A stretch of 64,000 bases of DNA from Carcharhinus amblyrhynchos (Eukaryota), in NCBI GenBank assembly GCA_965287045.1, contig OZ336882.1, forward strand, positions 73,780,001 through 73,844,000. The letters are read 5' to 3'. The translations under genes were made by a program, and so were the position numbers. The notes beneath the pieces are model-generated. The model was not told the origin of the DNA. It did no database searches and worked only from the letters and a program-made list of their open reading frames with translations. Positions 37,918 to 51,929 of the stretch are shown one piece after another (positions within the stretch are counted from its first letter, which is position 1; each line of letters starts with the position of its first letter).

Positions 37918-38864
37918 TCAATTTACTGGGAATTGTGATCCTGTCCCGAGCAAAATGTGGTCTCTCCACCTGCACAACCCGTTACCTAGTAGCCATGGCA
38001 ACAGCGGATCTACTGGTCATTGTCATTCAGGTGGTACTAAACTATGTCAATCCTTATTACTTCCCAGTGACTTTCCTGGAGATCACCCCTGTGTGTAGTG
38101 TTCGCACTGCCTTTGCTGTTGCTGCCACAGATTGCTCTGTCTGGTTCACTGTCACTTTCTCCTTTGATCGATTTGTAGCCATTTGTTGCCAGAAGTTGAA
38201 AACAAATTATTGCACCAGTAGAACTGCAGTTTTGGTTCTTGTAACAACTGGCATTCTCCTCTCTCTAAAAAACATCCCTTACTATTTTCTATATGAACCT
38301 ATAGTGCTCATCAACAATGTACCATGGTTCTGTATTCAAAAGTCAATCACTTTAACTGACGGTAGATGGGTGGTTTTTAATTGGTTTAGTAAGATTTTAA
38401 CTCCATTACTCCCATTTGCATTAATTTTTTTGCTCAATGCTCTCACGGTCAGATACATTTTAGTGACCAGTCGAGTCCGTAAGGGACTGAGGTCTCGGAG
38501 TAATGGAGAAAATCGCAGTGACCCAGAGATGGAGAGCAGAAGGAAGTCTGTGATTTTACTCTTCTCCATTTCCGGCACCTTCATCCTCCTGTGGTCAATT
38601 TATGTTATAAATTTCTTATATTATGTCATTAGAGCATTAGTTTCCTACACTGAATCCGAATATACATTTCAACAAGTCGGGTTTATGCTGCAAAACTTAA
38701 GCTGCAGCACAAATACTTTTATCTATGGTGTGACTCAGTCCAAGTTCCGAGAAAACATCAAGAAGGTGCTGAAGTATCCGATCACATCAATTACTAAATT
38801 AGTGAATAAAGAAAGAACTACTGAGATAAATCCAGAATCAGGTCCCCGTGTTCTCAGTACATAG
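37918..38864 (+). CDS. GPR139/GPR142-like GPCR, gene 3, exon 2 (336 aa total)
   Basis: Acceptor CCCTTTCTCTCTTGCAG (AG 37916-37917), phase 1; VNLLGIVIL, KCGLSTCTTRYLVAMATADL, FSFDRF, PWFC, DPEMESRRKS, NTFIY. Confidence 0.94.
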
Positions 38865-40911
38865 ATGGAATATTTATTCACAAATTCCCAATCAATAGAA
38901 AACGGAGTGCATGGCATCAATGGGCATGATGTGATGGCTGCAGGCGTGGGTACAGCCACCGTCACCATTGATTTAATTCCCAGCCAATCAGAAAGCTCCA
39001 TCCAACAACTGAGTCAAACTGGAATACATCATCCTAACACTGACATTGCTATCAGACGATCATGGAGTTTCATCCCTTAAGGCACAGCTGCCTAAACCAA
39101 TCATCAATCTCCCACGGGGAGAAAGAGGGAGAATGTAAGAGAGACCGGGGCTAGGATGAAAGTCTGCGAGAGAGAGAGTTTGGGACACTGAGGAGAAGTG
39201 ACAGAGAGTGGGTGTGAGGGAGAGATTGGGAAAGGGATAGAAACTGGGTGAGGGAGAAAGTGGCGGGAATCATCAGTGAAAATTCAAACCTCGGATATTA
39301 TGGTGGAGAAATGGTCATTGATGAAGCAGCTGAAGGTGGGTGGGTGACGAACACCGCCTTAAGGAGATGTAGCAGTACCTGAGTTTCAACTGGGGCATTG
39401 AGGCTTCAAAGGTCCCGCCCAACCAATCGATGACTGTCTGCACCTGGCCAATTACAACAGGACCTGACTGCCCTTCCGACCTGACAACCACTCCACTGAT
39501 TCCCTTGCCCAATTCCTCAACCGTGCTCCAGACAACCTGATTATGCCCTCGACATTAATTCACTACTCCTACATTGCACAGCTTCCCAATTACCAGACTG
39601 CTCAGATCCTTCAAACTTACGACATGACGATCACCATTCTAAATATATATCGCAGCTTGGCTAAACATCTGACCGGCCTCCTCTCATCCCTGACCTGACT
39701 ACCCCATCGTAAATTATCCAAATACCCTTCAAAACCAGATCTTCGACCATGCCCTCGAACTGACTAATCTGCTCAACTATCCTACTGCCCACCCAATCTA
39801 ACCAATTACTCACCCAATGACACCTTTAAAAATACCTGACTACTCACCTGAATAGGCAGAATTACCCCTCTCATCTCCTGCACTACTCTCCATTCACAAT
39901 CGTATTCTTTCCTGATCCGACTATGACTCTCAGCTGTGTTACCAAACTCCCAACGAGTCGGTTTAGAGACCACCCTTTGAAATTGCCTCACAGCTTTGAG
40001 AAATCTCGTACGCCATTCAAAGGACATTATAATCACTGAAACAGGGACAAACAGAGAATTTCAAGCTCGTTGTTACTAAAGGGGCCTTAATATCTGCATC
40101 TCATACCTGGGACTACACATCTCTATTTCAAAAGTCCATCATTAAGGGAAAATGGACTGTATTTGTATCTTTATAAAACTTACTCCATTCAGCAAAATAA
40201 TTTGATCTAACCTGACAATCACTCCCGGAAAGAACATCCTCAATACGAATGGTGATTCTTTCAATGGCAGGTGACTGGGACACCATAAGCCATCATAGAA
40301 AGGCCAAACCAATACACCAGGTAAAGCTCTCTTTTGAAGTCCTCATGGAGGAATGAAGTCAAATGAATTGAGGGGCTATTTCGAAGTCTTTATCTTCAGT
40401 TGTGAAATGAGAAAAAAATAATTTCGATAATCTAACCCCACATGGAAAGAACTCTGACAGAACAAGCTACCGGCCATAATCTCTTAACATCGAACGAACA
40501 ACTTCTGACGTCTCTGACCATCAAATACCAAGAAACCTCTGTAGAGGCACATCATCATGCGACATCCCACACTTTAATGGAACATTGTTTTCCCCAACTT
40601 GGGACGGATGCAAGCTGAACGCTTCCATGAAGCAATCTCCCTCTAAGTTTTGACATTCAGAACTTAGATCTCATGTTGAGTAATGTTAATGTCCATGTGT
40701 TTTTTTGCCTCACAGCGCAAGGGACCGGGTTCGATCCCCGGCTAGGGAAACTGCACGGTAATATTCCTGCAGTGTTTAAGTAAGCCCATCTGTGACAAAG
40801 AACCAACTGGTAACTTATTTGGTGAATCTGTTTTTTTCTATCTCGTACTGCTGTGTCTTTGAACTCACATGAATGTCTCTTCACATTCTGAATAAACAAA
40901 TATGATGATTT

Positions 40912-41011
40912 CAAAAACAGAAAATGCTGGAAAATCTCAGCAGTTCTCACTGTTTCTGTGTAGAGGGGATAGAACCAAAGTTTCGAGTCTAGGTGACCCT
41001 TCATCAGAGAT
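40912..41011 (-). mobile_element. Penelope-like terminal repeat (second family) with a hammerhead core
   Basis: Minus strand CTGATGA-A-GGGTC-ACCTA-GACTC-GAAA, followed by the repeat seen at 19083, 22042 and 28817. Confidence 0.65.
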
Positions 41012-42189
41012 CATAATATTCTGATTTTATCAGCGTGAGCGTTTGGTGCGAATTACTTGAATCTGACAAACTGAGGCATTCGTAGCTCAGAGGAATTAAC
41101 AATTCAACCATTTGAACCACAGAATGTCATTGAAACAGTGAAGAATTCCAGTTTGTATCTCTTTCTAGTGTGTCCATAGGGATCCATAAGTTCCAAATAA
41201 GCCAAAATCTGACCGAAAAACTGGCAAGTCCAGATTTAAGAAAATGGAAAATCCTAATTTTTAGAATGAATTAACTGGAAAACAATGGAAATGTCTGTAG
41301 CTGTATTATATCAGAAATAAATTACCACAGCACACTTTCTTTCAAAAGCAATACTAAACGGCAATTTTTGGTGTACAATTATGGATTAAGCAAGGAGAAT
41401 TAAAAGGCAAAACAGCAGAATCGCTAAGAACAGAAAAATTGAATGTCATAGCCGTGGAAATGCAATTAAAGCACGTAGATGGTGAATAGAAGTGAGTCAC
41501 TCCGGCTGCAGATAAGGAATGTCGTTCCCACTTATTAACCAAAATCGGTAAACAAAGAGGTTATCATGACACACGATCATTTCCTTCAGCCAGCTTCAGG
41601 ATGTAAAAGATCAACGTAGCTTAAGTTTCAGCAGAGGGATATGGGCGTTCAGGAGGCTGAATAGAGATAGAAATGTGGAGATAAGAATTGGAGCTCTAAA
41701 AACGGGAAATTTAGTTCACAGCTCAGTGGGAGAAAGATTAGACAAATGGTGGAACATTATCTCTACTTGGTAACTTCCCAAAGTTCTCTATCCCAGAGCA
41801 AAGGGCTCAAGCCCTTAAATACAGATGTTCCGTTCTCAAACTTCAAGAGAATAATAAGGAATACTTTACAGGATATTTTATAAACAAGGTAGGACAGTTA
41901 AAATGGGGAAAATAATTCCCCATAGCTGTGAGGTAGGCTGCAAGAGGTATATTCAATGTTGATGCATGACATGTACACTAATTATAAACAGACTAAGGCC
42001 ATCCGTGCTGCTGATGAAATAGTCCTGAAGACCTATCACCCGAAATTATGAAACACTCACAAGAAACGCGTGCAGGCAGACATAGAGTTTGCACGTCTGA
42101 AGAAAATTCTGTTCTGCTCTGTTTGTTTTTTTTTAAACGTAGCACATCTGTGAGGGATTGTGTGAATTGACCTTGCTGGAGGAAGTTCA

Positions 42190-44560
42190 AAACCGCTCAT
42201 CCTTCAATCTAAGAATTCCTGGAATGTGAATGAATTTTTCTTTTGGACGAATAAGTTGAGGAACTAACCAGAGGACAGATCATCCTAGACTGGGTGTTAT
42301 GCAATGTGAAACGAATGAATCGCTGTCTAATTTTGTGAGGCTCCCTGGGGATGAGCAATCATAATACAACATGATTCTTCATTGATGTGGAGAGATGTCA
42401 TTAATTTGAGACCATGGTTCTGAGTTTATAACAAAAAGCAACAATATTATAAGCCACAGTATGAGTTGATGGATTGGAAGACACAACATAAAGTTCTGAT
42501 GCTGGATAGGTAATGGCATACATTCAAAAAACTCATGTGAACTGCAACAACTGTCCATTCCTGTCTGGTGCAAAGATAAGATCTTTGACCAAACTTACAA
42601 GAAAATTTTCAGGTAGTACTAGATCCCAGAAAGAAGCACAAAATATTTAAGATCTGAGGATTGGGAGTATTCAGTAAAGGATGACAAAATGATTAATTAA
42701 GATTCGGAAATAGAGCACAAAAGCGAGATGGTAGGGAACATGACAATGGACTGTAAAAAAATGTATATATGTGGACAGAAGAAGGTGAAGGGGAATGTAA
42801 GTCTCTTTACAGTCAGGAACAAGTTAAGCAATAAATGGGGGAACATAGATGAGACCAACTAATTACATTCTTTGGCTCTTTCTTCATAAAGGAGGTCACA
42901 AATCATATATCAGAAATGTTGTGGAACACACAGTTTAATGAGAGTGGACTGAAGGAAGTTTGTATAAGTGCAGAAATGATGTTGGGGAAATTGAGGGGAT
43001 CGAAGGCTGACAAATTTCCAGGACCTTATAACCTAAGGAAGTGGCCCTAGAAATAATGAATGCACTGGTGATCTACAGATTCTAGAAATTCTACAGATTC
43101 TAGAAAACATCCGCAAATTTTGGAATAGTTAATATTTAACTATTCCACTATTCCACCACACTATTTAAATAAGGTGAAAAAAGAGAACACAAGGAATAAT
43201 AGACTAGTCAGCCTATTGTGTTGATATAGGGAAAATGCTGGACTCCATTACAACAGAATTGATAGCAGACGACTCAGAAAAGTTTGAACAGTTTGACAGT
43301 CAGCGTGGATTTACAAAAGGGGAATCATGCATTATAAATCTACTGAAATTTGTTGAGGATATAACGATTATTGTTTTAGGCGGACCCAGAAGATATTGTT
43401 TAGTCAATCTTTCAGAAACTTTTCGACAAAGTTCCACATAAGGGATGTGGAACTTTGCAAATGTAAAGCACATTGGATTGGGGTAGTGCATTGAGATGAA
43501 TAGAAAAGAGATTGGCAGATGGAACAAAGAGTAGGAATGATTTTTTTTGTGAATGTGAGGCAGTGATTAATGGGGTTTCACAAGGATCACTGCTAGGACT
43601 CCAACTATTCACAATACCTATCAACAATTTTGACGAGGGAACTGAATGCAATTTCTCCAAATTTTCAGGTGGCTCACAGGTAGATGAGGATGTGAAGACA
43701 AGGTGAGTGAGTGGGCAGAGGTGTGGAAGATACAGTATAGTGTGCATAATTGTGAGGTTATCCACTGGGGTAATAAAATATGGAGAGCATATTGTTTCAT
43801 GAATGACTCTAAATTGAATGTGCAACGAGAGCTTACATTCGATCACTGAAAGTAAGCATGCAAATTCATCAGGCGGTAATGAAACAATTGGTATATTGAC
43901 CTTCGTAGCAGATGGATTTGAAAACAGGGTCAGACATGCCTTGCTGAATTTATCCTTGGTGAGACCATACTCGGAATATTATGGGCATGTGTGTTCTCGT
44001 TATATGAGGAAGGAACTTCTTGCCAAAGATGAACTGCAGCAAATATTTACTAAACTGATTCCTAAATATTACTGAACTGGTTAAGGAGAAATTTAGACGG
44101 ATTATGCTCCCTGAAATTTACAAGAAGGAGGAGGGATCTCATAGAAACCTATAAAATTCTAACAGGGCTAAACAAATTAGATACCTGGATGATGTTTCTG
44201 ATGGTGGTCGTGTCCAGAACTGGGGGCCCTATTCTAACAGCACGTGGTGAATCTTTTAAGATTGAGATGAAAAGAAACATCTTCAACCAATCCTGCGCGA
44301 CTCACTACCACAGAAAGCAGGGGCCAAGCAGCTGCCAGAGAGGAATTATGTCTGATTCTTGGGGCTAAAAGGATCAAAATATATGAGGAGAAACCAGGAA
44401 CAGAAATCAGAAGAAAAATGTATTTAGGGAAGATAATAATTGTTTAATTGTTCAACGGAACAAAGGTTTGTCAACCATGATCACAATGAATGGTGGAACA
44501 GGCTCGAAGGAACAAATGGCCTACACCTACTTCTATTTTCTGTGTTTCTATTTATCTATA
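42190..44560 (+). mobile_element. Old degenerate CR1 LINE
   Basis: QRGFTKGESCIINLLKF, GVSQGSLLGLQLFTI, LVRPYSEYY; 3' tail at ~44480-44550. Confidence 0.85.
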
Positions 44561-44652
44561 GGCTTTGCAGCTCAGAAAGGCAATTTAGAAACCGTCCCCC
44601 CAAAACCACTGAAAAGACCAGTAGCGCGAAATGTATCACAATGTATCACCGC

Positions 44653-44702
44653 ACCCCCCCCCCCCCCCCCCACACACACACACATACACACACACACACA
44701 CC
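44653..44702 (+). repeat. poly-C plus (CA)n microsatellite
   Basis: Directly visible. Confidence 0.95.
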
Positions 44703-44837
44703 AAGTATGGTTTTCCATGAGTGGCCCAGCGACAGAAAATAAATCAACGAAAAATTTCATATGTTTGGCCTTCCAGTATTTTACCTGGATGCTAACCCGA
44801 ATTATCTGAAGAAGTATATTTCACTGCACTGGAACAC

Positions 44838-44930
44838 AGAGGTGAACACAGTAAGAAGTCTGACAACACCGGGTTTAAGTCCAAACCAGTTTATCTGACA
44901 GTAATCCCACAAGTTTTCGGAACACCGTTT
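44838..44930 (-). mobile_element. Penelope pLTR fragment
   Basis: AACACAGTAAGAAGTCTGACAACACC...AAGTCCAA is the reverse complement of the 1-76 family. Confidence 0.7.
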
Positions 44931-45387
44931 TCTGCGGATTGTTAAAAGAAATGGAGCAAGAAATAAACAGCTTTCGCATTCCTTTAACTTCTCGATCTAC
45001 GTTTCATTTAAAATGTTACTATATCACTACAAGTAAACTATTGCGGTACTCCTCAAAATGTAATAGACCGTTATTATTGTTTTACATTTATTGTATTTCC
45101 CCATAACTACCTTTGTTCCGTTGTAATTGAACAATTATGATCTTCCCTAATTTCGCTTTTCTTCTGTTTTCATTACTTTATATGCCAATATTCTATATTT
45201 TCTTGTTTATTCTCCGAATTCACATTGTCTATGATACGCAGCTCGCTTTCTGACAACACTATCTCCTCACTGACTGCTCTGATTCCCCATGTTAGCTGAT
45301 ATTATCAGTGGCATATTCTATCATCCCACATTTACAATGTTGCCATCACTACCCATCTCGGAGCAAATTTACCTGGGTCCTTCTCTT

Positions 45388-45640
45388 AGTAAAATGTTGC
45401 CCCAGCTCCACCTCCTACCCTTCCTTCTCTGCATGTTAATACCACAGCTCTATTCCGTTATCCCTCTGTGTGACGTTCCACCCCAATTATAGTCTCCAAT
45501 CCACCTCTGTAAACCACCACTCAAGCTCTGTCCTCCCATCCTTTTCTGTAAACTACCACCCCAGCTCTAACCTCCTATCCCTCTTTGTAAACTACTACTC
45601 CGACTCTATCGACTATCCTCCTCTGTGAGCTACCACTTCC
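45388..45640 (+). repeat. Degenerate ~39-bp minisatellite, about 6 units
   Basis: CTGTAAACTACCACCCCAGCTCTAACCTCCTATCCCTCT-like units. Confidence 0.65.
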
Positions 45641-46839
45641 ATCCTCCTAAGCCTCTCCAAACTCCTTACATATTTTGCCTTTTCTTCCCGAATTGTAGAC
45701 TTCCTTCCATAGTTCTAGTTTCAGTCTCAGCAGTTAGTGTTCAACTATTCATATGGAAGTGGAAAAGATGCAGAACTCATTCGACGTTGACTCCATTACC
45801 CTCCAAAGTCAACGTTCTATTTTACAGATGGGTGTTAATCCCATCACCTGGAGTTTTACCTCTGAATTCAGAGAAAGAGAGAAGATCCTGCAATGTTTCA
45901 TCCTCGAGTCCATGCACCACAACTCTGATGTCTCCAATGGCTATCCTGTTCACTGTGTTATGTCTAATCTTTAGGGTTACCCATGATGACATCAGCCAGA
46001 AGTTCAATTGCTTCTGTGGTCAAATTATTTGCTCGTTTACTCCTAATAAGAATATTTAGTCTACTCTAAAGTATCCCCGCGCCCCCCGCCACCCCCCCCC
46101 CCCCCCGCCCCCATCCCTTGAACTTGCCCCTCTCTGTTACCGTGGACAGGAACTGGGATTTGTATCACATATAAGCACGCGAAGGAATCGTTATGCATGA
46201 AGGTGATTCCTTATATTATTTTCCAATATCTGCAGCACACTTACTTCCAGAGTTTAATTCGGAGGAGAAAGGTATGGAGCCTTGTGATGCTGCAGCTCCA
46301 TCCCTTGATTCCCAGGGCTGCCCCTTGTGAAGAAGAGAGACACATATTTATTCTGCACATAAATTGTAACCATGGATAGATAAAAGTGACTTGTGGAATA
46401 CTGACATTGTTCAATCTACCAGTGCATGAAAAAGAGGCCACTAAATCTTGATCAGATTCTCAGCAGGACTAGCAGCAAAGTAATTGTAAAGTGAGATCTC
46501 ACAACTTTCATTTTTTTTTATTTGTTCAGAGATATGTTTTACACTATTGTCCATTCCTTATAGTGCATGAATTGAATGTTTGTTATGTTATTTCATAAGT
46601 TGTTCCCCCTGAATTCCAGTTATGATTGGTAGTTGAATATTCTACCTATGCTTATTTTGGATGTTTCACACCATCCCTGGAGGTAGTTGGATCCATCAGC
46701 ATGCTCTTCCTTTTTGTTCTAATATTACTGATCTAGCTTCAGAACAAATATTCAGTGACAAAAGATACACAACTAAAATAAGACTTAAAGTCTTGGCACT
46801 ATCCCTAAATATTGATAAAAAGGGGCTATTTGTTCTTTG

Positions 46840-47450
46840 GGTAAAACGTTTTGTTTTTTGTTCTAATTGGCTTCTGAATATGACTGATTCAAGGTATTCA
46901 CAATATAAATAAATTAGATGAGGGAACTAAATGCATTACCTCAAAATTTTCAGATTGCTAAGCTGAGTGGGAGGGTGAGCTGTGAGAAGGTTGCAAGGAT
47001 GATTCGCTGTGGTTTGGGTAAGCTGAGTGAGTGGGCAAGTGCATGGAGCATGCAATATAATGTGGATAATTGTGAGTTTCTCCAATTTCATTCCAAAAAG
47101 AGGAAGTCAGATTATTAGCTGATTGACTGTAAATTGGGACAGGTAAATGTACATCCAGAACAGTGTGTCCTTGTACACCAATCACTAAACATAATTACGC
47201 AAGTGCAGCAGGTCGTAAAGAAGGCAAATGGAATGTTGAACTTCATATAGACAGCATTCAAATAGCAGAGCAGTAATGTCTTGATGTAATTATACAGGGC
47301 CCTGGTTGACAAGGGGATTAAGGGTTATGGGGAGAGAGCGGGAAAGTGGAACTGATCCACTTCAGATCAGCCATGATCTTATTGAATGGCAGGGCAGGCT
47401 CGAAGGGCTAGATGGCCTACTCCTGCTCCTATTTCTTATGTTCTTATGTT
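46840..47450 (+). mobile_element. Old CR1 RT fragment ending in a young CR1 tail (47308-47450)
   Basis: LSEWASAWSMQYNVDNCE; TTCTTATG tail. Confidence 0.85.
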
Positions 47451-48611
47451 GTGAGTGAGGGGCAGAGATTAAGACGAGTACGTGTGCAAGGAAGATGAAG
47501 GGAATAGTGAGCATGAGGTTGAGGAGTCTGCGTGAGTGTGTCAGAGTATATATGTAAGTGAATGAGTGAGTGAGAGAGAGAGAGGGTTATATGTGCGAGG
47601 GAGCGTTTGAAGCGTTTGTGTGGGCGATCGTCGTGTGAGTGAGCGACTGAGAGTGTGCACAAATGTTCAGTTCATTCTGGTCTGAAGCATGTACAAACAC
47701 TGCATCAAGGTCTGGATTGGAATGCCTTTTTTTAAGGAAGGGATAAACTCTGAGCCAACAGCGCCGTCACCTGGATAATAATTTTTGTGATAAAAAAACT
47801 CACAACAGTAACATAGCGCAACTATGAATCACAGGGATCGTTAAAGATACGAAAATGATACAAAATTGAATAGAAAGAAACGTCCAGAATATTACAGTTC
47901 GGAAAAAGAGGAACTAAAGCTGATAAGGACAGAGAAAAGGTGGTATAGTTTATGCCACCACAACCTAATGACATAAACAATGTGTAAATGTTTGTCTAAA
48001 GTTTGTAAATTAAAAAAAAAACTAAGTCTGAATGTTCACCCGTTAGATACAGGGAAGTCTGCATGACAATTAATAAATGTTTCTCAAACATCGAGAGCAA
48101 CATGAAACCAAATGTTTGGTGGAAATAGGAAACATGCAAAAATCAGCTTTGGAAGTTGGAAATAGTGGAAAGAGTGTGACAACCATTCACAAAACTAAAG
48201 AAGAGCAAAACTCCAGCCATGGCAACCCACATGGGCTGTAATGTGAGAGATGAATTGGACATTGTTGAAAGCCCTGTCCATCGGCTTGAAAGGATTTTGT
48301 AATGGCAGGGGAAGGATCCAGTTGTTGTGGCCCATGTTGGGACAAACAACATAGGCAAGACAGGGCAAGATGACATGTTTGGGGACGAGCAAGCACTAGG
48401 AACTAAATTAAGGAACAGGTCCTCAAGGCCCAAAAATAGATGTGATCAGGACCACGCTCAAAACGAACACCACAAAAGGTCTAGACGTCCAAATTTACCT
48501 GCAATTCCTCCATTACCATTGCTTTCGCCCATCCAGATTCGACAAAAGTCTGTTCCAGGCGCTTCAGCTTCTGAAGAGGTAAGTTCAGAGGTTTCAGTGG
48601 CTCTCTAACAC

Positions 48612-49166
48612 AGGCCGATGGTGGGGGGGGCATGGGTCAGATCATTCCACGCTGGTGAGGAAGGAAGAGGGATGTGGACCTTCTCATTATCTGGTGGGGG
48701 AGGGGGAGCGAGGGGGGCAAGGAGGCAGGTCAGACGTATCTCGGGTGCGGGAGACGAGGGACGCCAGATCATTCTCTGAGGGGGGTGGGTGGAGGAGGAG
48801 GGTCAGATGGATCTCTGGTGCTGGGTGGGGAGGGGGCAGGTGGGTGCAGGGTTGGATAAGGGGGATATTACGTTGTGCGGGTGGGGCATTGCCTGTGGGG
48901 GCCATCGTTCCCCGGCCATTTTTCATGGCCCAGGAGCAATGTGGCAGAGGATCATTTTTCAAATGTTACTGTCCATGTGCCATTGAAGGTTCCGATCGGA
49001 GCAGCAAAGTTTCCGGTGTAATAAGCCCTGCCCACAGGGCGATTCAGATTCACAACATTCACTTCAGGCTGAGTGCATACAGGGGCACCTCAGAACAGGG
49101 TTGACAAGTCAGAACTGAATCACGCCCTGATTCAGCACTGAGAATCAAAATGGTAAATACGGCCCA
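48612..49166. repeat. GC-rich interspersed repeat, probable non-autonomous DNA transposon
   Basis: G-rich body; terminus GGTAAATACGGCCC resembles those at 6811 and 18296-18376. Confidence 0.4.
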
Positions 49167-49189
49167 AAGAGTCAAAGATTAGCAGTCAG

Positions 49190-51050
49190 AGGAGTGTAAT
49201 GTTACAGAGAAGGAGATGCTGCAAGTCTTAAAGTGCATTAAGGTAGATAAATCCTCAGGACCTGATGAAGTGTATCTCAGGATCATTGTGGGAGGCTATG
49301 GGGGAAATTGCGGATCCCCGAGCTGAGATATTTGAATCATCGACAGTCACGGGTGAAATGCCTGAAGATTGGAGAGTGCCAAATATTGTGCCTTTGTTTA
49401 AAAAGGGCTGTGGGAAAAGCCTAGGAATGACAGATCAGTGAGCCTCACATCTGTGGTGGGTAAGTTGTGGGAAGGTATTTTGAGAGACAGGATCTGCAGA
49501 CATTTAGAGAGGCAGGGACGGATTAGGGACAGTTAGTATGGCTTTGTGAGCGGAAAATCATGTCTCACAAATTTGATTGAGTTTTTTGAAGGGGTGACCA
49601 AGAAGGTAGATGAGGGCAGTGCAGTTGATGTTGTCTACATGGACTTTAACAAGGCCTTTGACAAGGTACTGCATGGTAGGTTGTTGCTTAAGGTTAAATC
49701 TCACGGGATCCAGGGTGAGGTATCTAAATCGATGCAAAATTGGCTTCTTGACAGAAGCCAGAGGGTGGTTGTACAGGGTTGATTTTCAAACTGGAGGCCT
49801 GTGACCAGCAGTGTGCCTCAGGGATCAGTGCTGGGTCCACTGTTGTTTGTCATTTATATTAATGAATTGGATAAGAATATGAGATATGGTTAGTAAGTTT
49901 GCAGATAACACTAAAATTATAGTGGACAATATTGTGGACAGTGAAGAAAGTTATCTCCAATTGCAATGGGATCTTGATTAATTGGGCCAGTGGGCTGACG
50001 CATGGCAGATGGTGTTTAATTTAGACAAATGCAAGGTGATGCATGTTGGTAGATTGAACCAGGGCAGTGCTTACTAAGTTAATGGTGGGGTGTTGGGAAG
50101 AGTAACAGAACAAAGAGACATAGGATTACGCATTCATAGCTCCTTGAAAATGGAGTCACTGATGGACAGAGTGGTGAAGAAGGCATTCGGCATGCTTGGT
50201 TTCATCGGTCAGAACATTAATGTACTGTTAAAAGAGGTCAGAGTAAGGCTGGAATAGGGAATGTTCTATATACCACATAAAGAGACAGGCATAACTGGGA
50301 CCCACCCTCACTTGAAAGAAGTATAGAAATTGTTGTGTGACAGAGGAGAATGGTGCTGGATAGGGGATTCTTCAGGCATGTTTTTGAAGAAGAAACAAAA
50401 AGCTCTCAGATCAGTCTGGTGCGGAATCGAGGTGTAGAGTAATTGAACATCGATGGCAAGGAGGAGGCTGTTTGGGATAGAGAACTGAAAGTGGTTGACA
50501 GAGGGATGTGATTGATGAGCACTATTATCGCTAGATAATTAATCCAGAAACACAGCTAACGTTCTAGGGACCCCGGTTCGAGTCTTGCCATAGCAGCTCG
50601 TGGAATTCAAATTCAATAAAAAATATCTGGAATTATGAATCTACCGATGACCATGAAACCATTGTTGATTATCAGAAAGACCCATCTACAAGTATGTACA
50701 GAGCAAGAGGATAAAAATTGAAAGAATAGGACATATCAAGTGTGACGATGGGAAGGTTTGTATAGAACCGGTAGAAATAGCAGAGGTGCTCAGTGAATAC
50801 TTTATTTCAGTATTCACAGTGGAAAAAGGATCTTGGTGGTTGTAGTGCAGACTTGCGGTGGACTGAAAAGCTTGAGGATGCATTAAGAAAGAGGATGTGT
50901 TGGAGTTTTTGAAAAGGATCAAGTTAGGTAAGCGGCCGGGACCGGATGGGGTATACCCCAGGTTACTGTGGGAGGCGAGGGAAGAGATTGCTGAGCCTCT
51001 GGTGATGATCTTTGCATCATCAATGGAGACAGGAGAGGTTCTGGAGGATG
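49190..51050 (+). mobile_element. CR1 RT fragments (49190-50220, 50690-51050) with a SacSINE1-like head at 50520-50686
   Basis: [12 protein letters not shown]...[20 protein letters not shown]. Confidence 0.85.
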
Positions 51051-51929
51051 AATAGCAAGTAGAGAGAGAAAGAGAGAGAGAAATTAACAGGGACAGGTGA
51101 TGGTGAGAGTTTGGGAGTGCGTTGGAGAAAGTGGCAGTGAGGGGAAACAAAACAAGGGAGGGGAATGTAAGAAAGTGTGAGAGATGTGGAAGGATAGTGA
51201 GGGTTGTTACAAAGCAACAGTGTGTAAGAGTGGGATATTGTCAGAGACGGAGAGGGATGAGGGTGCTGGGAGGGGAGGGGAAGAGGTTAGGCGGATGAAA
51301 GGAGTGAGGAAACAGGTGGGATTGCTGTGAAGATGATAGCATGAACCGTCCAGGGACTTGTGAGGGAGATGTCTGAAAAAGGCCTGAGACAAGTAAAAGT
51401 AGAAAGTGTGGGATAGAGAGAGAGAGATAGAGAGTGGAGGGGCAGGGAGAAAAAGTTGACTTAATTCCTTTCATGTTATCAAATATTCCATCCCCACCAC
51501 AGATGTGTTATCAAACAAATTATTTGCACCAAGCCATGGAGATTATGAAATGAATTTTCAAGAGTCTGTTACGTGACAGAACAAGAGGGGTTGAGAGGTT
51601 TGCAAGTAGAATTTCAGAGTTGTTCAATCAAAGAGCTCAAAACTACATTGGCAAAATGGTTAAGAAATGGAAAAAAAATGAGAGAACGCTGTTAGGTGAA
51701 CAAATATCCTGTTGGATTATAAGGGCTGAAGCAGGATAAACATATATACAGTTTTCTACTTGTTCAAATGGATGCAGGGACAGGAAGTGTGGTAACGGCT
51801 GATGGAACTTAAAAAGATAGGGGACATTGGAGGGCTGAAGCAGTTTGCAGAGATGGGAAGAGTTGAAGGGAATGCAATGGGTTACAGAGTTAGCAAGTAT
51901 TGTTCAGCATAGAGCAAATTATTAATATT

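Noticed and set aside
38865-39080. In-frame ORF starting directly after the gene 3 stop (TAG ATG), possible readthrough
   Set aside because: No readthrough context, no equivalent in the paralogs, and part of it resembles degenerate LINE sequence.
40700-40750. tRNA-like fragment GCCTCACAGCGC...GGTTCGATCCCCGG
   Set aside because: No 5' half or A box; matches the HE1 SINE head.
45388-45640. Regularly spaced ~39-bp repeats as a CRISPR-like array
   Set aside because: Contiguous degenerate units with no unique spacers, eukaryotic context and no cas genes.
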